From Breznakia blatticola (GTDB lineage Bacteria; Bacillota_I; Bacilli_A; Erysipelotrichales; Erysipelotrichaceae), in assembly GCF_004365815.1 (NCBI RefSeq), contig NZ_SODD01000056.1, positions 1 through 12,014 of the forward strand: a stretch of DNA of 12,014 bases. Reading direction: 5' to 3'. The notes under the pieces were generated by a model that was not told where the DNA came from, did not search any database, and saw only the letters and a program-made list of their open reading frames with translations. Shown one piece after another: positions 1-6,855 of this stretch (within the stretch, counting starts at the first letter, position 1; each line of letters starts with the position of its first letter). A program made the position numbers and the translations under genes.

Positions 1-29
1 CGCCCAAATTTTGTAGTAAAAGTCAATAG

Positions 30-64
30 AAAAAAAGAGGGGTCAAAATTAATTGACTCCTCTT
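30..64. terminator. Terminator-like hairpin with A-tract (orientation ambiguous)
   Basis: AAGAGGGGTCAA (35-46), loop AATTAA, TTGACTCCTCTT (53-64) forms a 12-bp stem. It has one G.U wobble read as + RNA and one A.C mismatch read as - RNA. An A7 run (30-36) gives a U7 tail only on the - strand; the + strand 3' flank (ACAATTC) is not U-rich. It could terminate a gene left of the window or a short - strand transcript. Confidence 0.45.
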
Positions 65-486
65 ACAATTCTATTGCTTAACTTAATGACATTACACTTT
101 ATTTCATTTTTTTTAAGTTTTTTCTCTGGAACGTAAAAAAAGCAAACGAATCATCATTTGCTTGTATTTGATCTTACTCATGTTTAAAAAACACATAAAA
201 TATGCACTACAAAAAGTAGCCCATTATTGACCTCACACAGCATTTCTATTTCCTTGATTTACACACTTAATAAACATACTTTAACAAAACTATACACGAA
301 AGTAAAAACATATACCCAAAATGTTGCTTGTAAATACGAAAAAGTGTGTAGACATTGATATGTTATCCTACTTCTAAGTGAGTATGTATCATTGCATTTC
401 GTTCAGTTTTTTTAGAAAATGAGACTTTTTTAGTTTCTGCTTGTCTTAATAAGTAGTACTAGGTTTAGTATTTAGAGGAGGTAGAA

Positions 487-588
487 ATGAGAAAAAGGAA
501 GTTTATTTTCAAACACAAAGTCCATAAACTAGCAATTATGTTACTTACTATTGCAGTTTTACTTGTCCAAAGTGTTCCAATTCTTGCT
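487..588 (+). other. Sec-type signal peptide (aa 1-34, predicted cleavage after ILA)
   Basis: Basic n-region (MRKRKFIFKHKVHK), hydrophobic core (LAIMLLTIAVLLV), then a small-residue A-x-A-like site (PILA|SE). Judged by eye only. Confidence 0.7.
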
Positions 589-3573
589 TCAGAGCATGAA
601 GATGGAATCTCGACATACAAAGCAACAGGATCTACATATGGACTAAAGATGTTTGGTTTTGATTATGGTCATGATCACATTACCAATAATCCAGATGATG
701 CGGAAATTCGTTGGCTAGCTGAACACCGTGATGTCATTATTGGATTGTACAATGAGGGTATGCCAGAAAATGTATATGATCGATTTACAGCAATCAACCC
801 TGATATTCAGTTTTATGCATATTTTGCATATAACTCAGTTGCTTTTTCAACTGAAAAATATATGGAAGATTGGTGTATTGCAAGAGGAATCGATGTTGAA
901 GAACTTTATTATCACTTCGATGAAGATACATGGATTACAACTCGTTCATACGACAGCAATACGGGTAGTTTTAGAAAAGCATTAATTCCAGGATATGGAC
1001 CTAACGGTTCTGCAAAGACACTTAAGGAGGCACGTGTTCCTTCTGCATGGAATAAACCAGATGCAGCTAGAAAAATGTATAACATTAATCCAACATCACA
1101 AGTATTCCGTGATGCATCACAAGCATTTATGGAAATGCAAATTACAGTAAGTAAAGAAAACGGTAAATATCTTGATGGATTTATTTTAGATACATTTGAT
1201 GGAACTATAAGTAGAGAATTTGATATTCGTCTAGAAGAAACCATTGAATTGAAAAATCTAGGAATTACAAATGCTGATGATGCTGTAGCACAAGTGAGTC
1301 AAGATATCTTAGATATGCGTTATGAACACGAAAGTAACTTGACTGCTATTGCAGGAAAAGAAATTCGTTTAGCACCAAATGGAGCTGACTTAGGATATAT
1401 TCTAAATAGTTATAAAGGGATCTATGTTGATGCTTTAGGTAGTCAAGACTACGATGAAATGATCGTTGAGTACTTAACATCATCAGGAAACATCAACAAA
1501 GAACGTTTGAATGATATGAAGAAGGTTTACGATAGTATGGAAAAAGGAAATACATGGTTTATGAACTCACAAACCAATGTACTTCCAACACAACGTCCTG
1601 CAAACCTTAACAACCCAGTTGAAGATGATTCTGAGTGGCACGGATTTATGCAACACATTATTGCAGTTCAATACATTATGAATCACGATAATGCATACTT
1701 TGCAGTAAATCAAGGTTCTGCATCACGCTATGGGGTAAACATCAACAACACATTTAGTACGACACACTGGTATGCAAACTATGATTATCCAATCGGTAAT
1801 CCAGTAGTTCGTAGTTCGAAAGACTATTGGGGAAAAGAAAATACAGATCGTTTCTTCTTGTATCAAAGTCATGTTGACCCAGAAAACCCAACACTTGCTG
1901 TTAACAACTATGAAGTCATTGGACGTGAATATGACAATGCACTTGTATTGGCGAATTTCTGTCAACGCACAAAAGGTGGAATTGCAAACGTAGGAGCAAA
2001 CCGTGTAAGTATTCCACTTGATGGAAACTATCGTCGTCTACTTGCAGATAACACACTAGGACCAGTCATCAATGAAGTACGTCTTGGCACAGGTGAAGGT
2101 GCAATTCTTATTAAAGAAGACAAGGTAGATGTAGCGGACTATTCTAAAGTTGATGAAGCAATCAAGAAAGTTCCTAGTGATTTAAGCAACTATACGGATG
2201 AAAGTGTTCAAGACTTACAAGATGCATTAGATGCAGTTGTTCGTGGGAAAAACAAAAGCGAACAAGCGGTTGTAGATGGATACGCAACTGCAATTGAAGA
2301 TGCAATTCAAAATCTTGTTTCAAAGAAAGCAGATTACACAAAAGTGGACACAGCAATTGCCAGCGTTCCAAGTGATTTAACACTCTACACAGATGCATCA
2401 CGTCAAGTTCTACAAGATGCATTAGATGCTGTCATTCGCGATAAAGATAAAAGCGAACAACTCATCGTAGATGGATATGTAACCGCAATTGAAGATGCAA
2501 TTCAAAACCTTGTTTATAAGGATGCAGACTACACAAGAGTTGACACCGCAATAACAAGTATACCTACAGACTTAAGTATTTATACAGATGAAAGCGTACA
2601 AGACTTACAAGATGCATTAGATGCTGTTGTTCGTGGGAAAGATATTACCGAACAAACAACTGTAAATGGGTATGCAAAAGCAATTGAGGATGCAGTTGCA
2701 GCACTAACAGTAAAACCTGCTCCACCAATTCAATATGCTGATTATACGAAAGTGGATGAAGCAATCGCAAAAATTCCAGCAGATACATCAGTATACACAG
2801 ATGAGAGTGTTGCAAACTTACAACAAGCAAAAGATGCAGTCATTCGCAATAAAGAAGTTCACGAGCAAAGTATTGTTGATGGATATGCTACAGCAATCGA
2901 AGATGCAATTACGCAACTTGTCTATAAACCTGCTGACTACACAAAAGTAAATACAGCAATCGATAATATTCCAGCAGATGTAACTCTTTACACACCTGAA
3001 AGTGTCCAAGTTCTTACTGATGCACTTGCAGCAGTAAACTACAACAAGAATATTACAGAGCAAACACTTGTGGATCAATATGCTAAAACGATTGAAGATG
3101 CAACAGCACAACTTACATATCGTGCAGCAGATTACTCAAAAGTCGATCAAGCAATCGCAAGAATCCCTGATGATTTAACAATCTATACGCTAGAAAGTTT
3201 AGAAGTGTTAAAACAAGCACTAATGGATCTTGAATTTGGTAAAAACATTACCGAACAAGCAACAGTAGATGGGTATGCTACAACATTAAACAAAGCCATT
3301 GATGGTTTGGTACGTAAGCAAACTGGAGGTTCAAATCCTGGCAATTCATCAAACCAACCAGGAAATTCTTCTAACCAAGGAAATTCGAATGCAAATAACA
3401 CAACACCAAACAAAGATGTATCATCTAATGCAAATAATACAAATACAAAACAACCTAGCAAAGCACCTAACACTGCAGATAGTACAAATACAAACCTACT
3501 ATCTCTAGCTTGGTTAACTAGTTTTGGTGTAATTCTTATTTCGTTACGACGTAAATTTAAAACACAAAAATAA
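487..3573 (+). CDS. Large secreted cell-surface protein: signal peptide, unassigned ~510-aa domain (possible TIM-barrel glycoside-hydrolase-like), 6 FIVAR-like repeats, N/S/T-rich stalk, C-terminal sorting signal/anchor
   Basis: ATG at 487 lies 5 nt after GAGGAGG (475-481). The 3087-nt ORF is uninterrupted. N-terminus is MRKRKFIFKHKVHKLAIMLLTIAVLLVQSVPILA|SEH. Six tandem repeats match the FIVAR pattern (Y-T-x-x-S...L..A...A......tEQ..VD.....L..Ai..L). The C-terminus has a hydrophobic stretch plus RRKFKTQK. A convergent terminator follows at 3594-3622. Confidence 0.93.
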   Translation: MRKRKFIFKHKVHKLAIMLLTIAVLLVQSVPILASEHEDGISTYKATGSTYGLKMFGFDYGHDHITNNPDDAEIRWLAEHRDVIIGLYNEGMPENVYDRFTAINPDIQFYAYFAYNSVAFSTEKYMEDWCIARGIDVEELYYHFDEDTWITTRSYDSNTGSFRKALIPGYGPNGSAKTLKEARVPSAWNKPDAARKMYNINPTSQVFRDASQAFMEMQITVSKENGKYLDGFILDTFDGTISREFDIRLEETIELKNLGITNADDAVAQVSQDILDMRYEHESNLTAIAGKEIRLAPNGADLGYILNSYKGIYVDALGSQDYDEMIVEYLTSSGNINKERLNDMKKVYDSMEKGNTWFMNSQTNVLPTQRPANLNNPVEDDSEWHGFMQHIIAVQYIMNHDNAYFAVNQGSASRYGVNINNTFSTTHWYANYDYPIGNPVVRSSKDYWGKENTDRFFLYQSHVDPENPTLAVNNYEVIGREYDNALVLANFCQRTKGGIANVGANRVSIPLDGNYRRLLADNTLGPVINEVRLGTGEGAILIKEDKVDVADYSKVDEAIKKVPSDLSNYTDESVQDLQDALDAVVRGKNKSEQAVVDGYATAIEDAIQNLVSKKADYTKVDTAIASVPSDLTLYTDASRQVLQDALDAVIRDKDKSEQLIVDGYVTAIEDAIQNLVYKDADYTRVDTAITSIPTDLSIYTDESVQDLQDALDAVVRGKDITEQTTVNGYAKAIEDAVAALTVKPAPPIQYADYTKVDEAIAKIPADTSVYTDESVANLQQAKDAVIRNKEVHEQSIVDGYATAIEDAITQLVYKPADYTKVNTAIDNIPADVTLYTPESVQVLTDALAAVNYNKNITEQTLVDQYAKTIEDATAQLTYRAADYSKVDQAIARIPDDLTIYTLESLEVLKQALMDLEFGKNITEQATVDGYATTLNKAIDGLVRKQTGGSNPGNSSNQPGNSSNQGNSNANNTTPNKDVSSNANNTNTKQPSKAPNTADSTNTNLLSLAWLTSFGVILISLRRKFKTQK
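2134..3321 (+). repeat. Six in-frame tandem FIVAR-like repeats (195-nt period; the third carries a 6-codon PAPPIQ-type insertion)
   Basis: Repeat starts (ADY[ST][KR]V) fall at nt 2134, 2329, 2524, 2737, 2932 and 3127 (aa 550, 615, 680, 751, 816, 881). Repeats 1 and 3 share an exact 26-mer, CAAGACTTACAAGATGCATTAGATGC, at 2209-2234 and 2599-2624. Repeats 1 and 2 share GCAATTGAAGATGCAATTCAAAA. Confidence 0.85.
3463..3570 (+). other. C-terminal cell-wall-sorting-signal-like module: APNTA motif, hydrophobic segment, basic tail
   Basis: aa 993-1028 read APNTADSTNTN-LLSLAWLTSFGVILISL-RRKFKTQK. The tripartite layout matches sortase substrates, but the pentapeptide is xPNTA rather than LPXTG. It is preceded by an N/S/T-rich low-complexity stalk (aa 946-992, nt 3322-3462). 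Confidence 0.55.
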
Positions 3574-3593
3574 ACAATTATAGTATCTATGAT

Positions 3594-3622
3594 AAAAGCA
3601 CGAGGAACTCCCCGTGCTTTTT
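3594..3622. terminator. Bidirectional rho-independent terminator between convergent genes
   Basis: AAAAGCACG (3594-3602) pairs with CGTGCTTTT (3613-3621). An inner GG/CC pair surrounds an AACT loop. The A-tract on the left and T-tract on the right give a U-tail on either strand. It lies 21 nt after the + gene stop and 14 nt after the - gene stop. Confidence 0.8.
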
Positions 3623-3635
3623 GTGTTTATTGATA

Positions 3636-4493
3636 TTAGAAATCCAATGCAAATTGACCATTTGCATCTTTGTAGATGCGATGAATAGACTGTACGTTTG
3701 CTAATGGAAGAGGCATGTAAAGATGAGGAAACACCTCACCTTCAAGTCCTTCCATTTTTAATGATTTTCGTATTTCATCATTAACTATTACTTCAAATAT
3801 TAACATTTCTTCATACTTGCTATAACATGCTTGTGCAACACGTATCAGTTGATCTTTCAAAGAAAAATGAATAAAGCCATCTTGTGCATAATCTTCAGGC
3901 GTATAGAATTCTTGATCCTTACAACTTTCATACACGGCTTTTGGTAACATATGATAGATACGTGAAGGCCAATTTTCTCTTGTTAGTTCCATATATACAG
4001 GAACATGTTGCATATTTTCAACATCTTCAAAAGCTTTTACACGTTCTGGCATTTCATTTCTTTGAAATCCAAGTCTCACATACAAGACAATTGCTTTTTG
4101 ATTATCTGGATGCGGATCCACCCATACAAGACTACTACCTGCTTGAAAGGCTTGATTGATTGCATAAGTAATTGCTTCGTATGCAATTCCTTTTCCTCTT
4201 GCCGTAGGTACTAGTTTAATATCTAATGCAGCAAGTGTTGAATCTTTCATCATAAAATATGCAACTTCACCACAGTATCCAAGTTCTTTATCATAAATCG
4301 AATAATGATTTTGTCTGTTATCCTGACATTGCTTACTTTGCATATACCAATTATGTATGCTTTCTTCACTAATTTGCAATCCGTTAGGAAAACCTACATA
4401 TTTCATGACTTCCCCATCATTCCAAAGATTTTGGATGTTTTGTAAATCATTCTCATTGGTCTTTTGAATAGTGATGCCTGTTGTATTTGTCAT
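3636..4493 (-). CDS. Two-domain fusion: N-terminal GNAT N-acyltransferase (aa ~6-173) plus C-terminal DUF952 domain (aa ~178-285)
   Basis: GNAT features: acyl-CoA-binding motif A, TARGKGIA (aa 97-104), and VWVDPHPDNQKAIVLYVRLGF, typical of the AAC(6')/RimJ-like GNAT subgroup. DUF952 features: DGFIHFS (aa 205-211, nt 3861-3881) and EVFPHLYMPLPL (aa 253-264), matching the remembered DUF952 signature (GFIH.S ... FPHLYGPL). The RBS AAGGAG lies inside the degV 3' end, 7 nt before the ATG, and the gap to the degV stop is only 3 nt. Confidence 0.8.
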   Translation of the reverse strand: MTNTTGITIQKTNENDLQNIQNLWNDGEVMKYVGFPNGLQISEESIHNWYMQSKQCQDNRQNHYSIYDKELGYCGEVAYFMMKDSTLAALDIKLVPTARGKGIAYEAITYAINQAFQAGSSLVWVDPHPDNQKAIVLYVRLGFQRNEMPERVKAFEDVENMQHVPVYMELTRENWPSRIYHMLPKAVYESCKDQEFYTPEDYAQDGFIHFSLKDQLIRVAQACYSKYEEMLIFEVIVNDEIRKSLKMEGLEGEVFPHLYMPLPLANVQSIHRIYKDANGQFALDF

Positions 4494-4496
4494 ATA

Positions 4497-5372
4497 TTAA
4501 CTCCTTGTACTTGCAAAAAAGAATAGTGCGATTGTTCCTGGACCAGCATGTGAACCAATTACAGGTCCAATATCAGAAATTAAGATTTCTTTAACTCCCA
4601 TTTCTTCACGAATTTTGTTTGCTACATACGTTGCATCTTCTAAAGCATCTGCATGTGAAATCATAATTAATTGATCTTTTGGATTGATTGCCGTTTGTGC
4701 CATCTTCTCCACAAGCTTATTCAGTGATTTCTTTCTTCCTCGTGCTTTTGCGACATTCAAAAGATGTCCTTCATCATCAACATGTAAAATTGGTTTAATA
4801 CTTAATGCACTACCAACAATTGCCGTTGCATCAGATACTCTTCCCCCACGAGCAAGGTGATGTAAGTCATCCACAGCTACCCAGTGGGCTATATGTAAAC
4901 GATTTTCTTCAATCCATGTTGCATTTTCTTCAATTGTCATTCCTTTTTCACGATTTAAGCAAGCATAATAAACAAGAAACCCTTCACCAGCACTTGCAGC
5001 TAAACTATCAATAAAGTAGATTTTACGTTCAGGGAATTTTTCTTTTAATTCCTGTAAAGCGATCTGTGAACTTTGATATGTATTACTCAAGCCACTAGAA
5101 AAGACGATGTATAAAATATCATGTCCTGCTTCTAGTAACGGTGTGAAATACTCAATATATGCATATGGTGTAATTTGCGAAGTCGATCCTGTTGAACCTG
5201 CACGCAATTTATTATAAAAATCCAATTCATGAAATACTTTAAAATCTGCGTCTTGTTGATACTCTTGATCATCTAGCATAAACATCATCGGTATCATCTT
5301 TACATCGTAACGCTCAATAACATCCATGTGTAAATCAGCAGTTACGTCACTAACAATTAAATAATTTCCCAT
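4497..5372 (-). CDS. DegV family fatty-acid-binding protein (FakB-like)
   Basis: The N-terminal IVSDVTADL motif, the TSQITPYAYIEYF segment, FSSGLSNTYQSS, and the ~290-aa length are all typical of DegV/FakB. The RBS AAAGGAGAG precedes the ATG at 5372. Confidence 0.88.
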   Translation of the reverse strand: MGNYLIVSDVTADLHMDVIERYDVKMIPMMFMLDDQEYQQDADFKVFHELDFYNKLRAGSTGSTSQITPYAYIEYFTPLLEAGHDILYIVFSSGLSNTYQSSQIALQELKEKFPERKIYFIDSLAASAGEGFLVYYACLNREKGMTIEENATWIEENRLHIAHWVAVDDLHHLARGGRVSDATAIVGSALSIKPILHVDDEGHLLNVAKARGRKKSLNKLVEKMAQTAINPKDQLIMISHADALEDATYVANKIREEMGVKEILISDIGPVIGSHAGPGTIALFFFASTRS

Positions 5373-5392
5373 ATTTCTCTCCTTTTTTAGTT

Positions 5393-5421
5393 ATTATAGA
5401 CCTTCTATAATAAACTAACAA
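5393..5421 (-). promoter_or_regulatory. Candidate sigma-A promoter for the degV / GNAT-DUF952 operon
   Basis: On the - strand: TTGTTA (5416-5421), a 17-nt spacer, then a perfect TATAAT (5393-5398). The implied leader is very short (~15 nt) but still contains the RBS. An alternative extended -10, TGATAGAAT, lies at 5488-5496. Confidence 0.5.
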
Positions 5422-5568
5422 CTCATATCCTATACGTCATTTTTTGTAATATCTATACACAACATTCTTTTGTTATATATGTAATATATTCTATCACATT
5501 TTTTCACAAGGTTCTTCGAAAATTAAAACAATGGTATTGTATATATTAGAGCATGCAAGAAATAATGT

Positions 5569-5620
5569 CTTGCAAGTATGTTATCCCTATTACATACATT
5601 TAAATCCCCTTATAAACACA
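5569..5620. repeat. Intergenic repeat core, copy A (48/52 identical to 6856-6907, same orientation)
   Basis: Sequence: CTTGCAAGTATGTTATCCCTATTACATACATTTAAATCCCCTTATAAACACA. It contains a 26-nt exact match to copy B (5576-5601 = 6863-6888) and an internal inverted repeat, GTATGT-N10-ACATAC. Hairpins flank it at 5554-5574 and 5631-5655. Confidence 0.85.
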
Positions 5621-5625
5621 ATATG

Positions 5626-5660
5626 AAAAAGAGACTTCACCCCCTATGAAGTCTCTTTTT
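5626..5660. terminator. Bidirectional rho-independent terminator overlapping the mutY 3' end
   Basis: Perfect 9-bp stem: GAGACTTCA (5631-5639) with TGAAGTCTC (5647-5655), 7-nt loop, flanked by A5 (5626-5630) and T5 (5656-5660). The last codons and the stop of mutY (stop at 5644-5646) lie inside the hairpin. Confidence 0.8.
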
Positions 5661-6687
5661 CTATTTCCTGGATAAACTTCTTCATGGCTCCTGCCATTGG
5701 TAGCTTTTCTTGAATCATTTGCCATGATACAAAGTGATCATCAATTTGCTTTACGTCGATTACATATGCTTGCATATTCCATTCTACATGAGAGTACACA
5801 TGTGTATGAGAAGTAAACTTCTTTATTTTGACAATGCCATACATGGGATCAATCAACTGTTCAATTTCCTTCTTTTTTAACACGTGCTCGATATTCATAA
5901 ACTCATACATGTGTTCCATGAGTATTCCCTTTGTACGTTTATGTACGTAATACATATGATCTTTACGTAAAATTAAAATGGTGTGATTTTGCTTACGACG
6001 TTCCTTAAGTTTGCTTTTTACTGGTAAACTATTTTGTAAGCCTTGTTTGTATGCGCTACATGAAGATGCAATTGGACAAATATTACATCTAGGGGTTCCA
6101 TTACCAATACAAACTTGTGAGCCTAGTTCCATCATTGCCTGATTATAATCACCTGGATTGTTTGGATCTACTTCTTGTTGGAGTTCTTCAAAGACAAAGC
6201 GTTTTGTTTTTTCTTTTGCAATATCAAAATCACAAACATGCACGCGTGCATATACACGTAGTACGTTTCCATCAACTGCTGGAACTGCTTGGTCAAAAGC
6301 AATAGAAGCAATGGCTGCAGCTGTATACATACCAACACCAGGTAGGGTTAGTAATTCTTTGTAGGTATTTGGTAACCGTCCATTATATGTATCCATGCAA
6401 ACTTTTGCAGCTTCTTTTAAAAACCGTGCACGTCGATAATAACCAAGACCTTCCCACAATTTATACAACGTTTCATCATCTACCATCGCTAAAGCTTCTA
6501 GTGTTGGTAATTTTGTGATAAACCTTTCAAAATATGGAATCACTGCTTCTACTCGTGTTTGTTGAAGCATAATCTCACTAATCCATATTTTATATGCATC
6601 TTTGGTAATCCGCCAAGGAAGTAAGCGCTTTATATCCCCATACCAAGCCAATAATTGGGAATTTCTTTCTATGTGTGAATTCATCAA
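5644..6687 (-). CDS. mutY: A/G-specific adenine DNA glycosylase MutY
   Basis: Motifs seen: LPWR...YKIWISEIMLQQTRV (catalytic Glu region); HhH-GPD LLTLPGVGMYTAAAIASIAF...VDGNVLRV (catalytic Asp); a 4Fe-4S Cys cluster, CIGNGTPRCNICPIASSC (C-X7-C-X2-C-X5-C); and a C-terminal NUDIX-like domain. The ORF-track start at 6687 is TTG. An ATG at 6684, 9 nt after AGGAG, is an equally plausible start. Confidence 0.95.
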   Translation of the reverse strand: MMNSHIERNSQLLAWYGDIKRLLPWRITKDAYKIWISEIMLQQTRVEAVIPYFERFITKLPTLEALAMVDDETLYKLWEGLGYYRRARFLKEAAKVCMDTYNGRLPNTYKELLTLPGVGMYTAAAIASIAFDQAVPAVDGNVLRVYARVHVCDFDIAKEKTKRFVFEELQQEVDPNNPGDYNQAMMELGSQVCIGNGTPRCNICPIASSCSAYKQGLQNSLPVKSKLKERRKQNHTILILRKDHMYYVHKRTKGILMEHMYEFMNIEHVLKKKEIEQLIDPMYGIVKIKKFTSHTHVYSHVEWNMQAYVIDVKQIDDHFVSWQMIQEKLPMAGAMKKFIQEIEKETS

Positions 6688-6855
6688 TAATATCTCCTAT
6701 TTTATACATATCATGCGATAAATAAAGGATTTTTGCAACATATATTTTACTATATGATAAAGAATGTAAATACATATGCATATCCCATTTTTTTCCATAA
6801 TTTTGCGATATTTACAATATATAACTATCGTATTATCTATGAGTAAGGCGAGAGC

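Noticed and set aside
149-161. The 13-mer AATCATCATTTGC also occurs at 11949-11961, both after A-runs, hinting at a window-spanning repeat
   Set aside because: The flanks align only loosely. A single 13-nt match between AT-rich regions of a 12-kb window is within chance expectation, and there is no shared secondary structure.
2134-3321. Regular 195-nt periodicity, which could superficially suggest a CRISPR or satellite array
   Set aside because: The period is in-frame protein-coding (FIVAR-like domains). There is no alternation of short identical repeats with unique spacers, and the units are far longer than CRISPR repeats.
728-3508. Nine nested or antisense ORFs inside the surface-protein gene (728-985, 912-1244, 1723-1965, 2174-2422, 2645-2830, 2735-2950, 2818-3111, 3183-3473, 3299-3508)
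   Set aside because: All lie wholly within a 1028-aa ORF that has a clear signal peptide, domain repeats and an RBS. Their translations are low-complexity or Cys/Leu/His-rich with no motifs, as expected for off-frame reads of a repetitive AT-rich gene.
5581-5595. On the - strand the repeat core reads AATAGGGATAACATAC, sharing TAGGGATAACA with the I-SceI homing-endonuclease / large-subunit rRNA site
   Set aside because: Only 11 nt match. There is no rRNA context and no endonuclease gene nearby. Most likely coincidence.
5578-5595. TGTTATCCCTATTACA as a possible cre (CcpA) or other palindromic operator
   Set aside because: The spacing is 2 nt longer than the 14-nt cre consensus and the central CG is missing. 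Only the terminal TGT/ACA are symmetric. An operator role is still possible but cannot be assigned to a known regulator.
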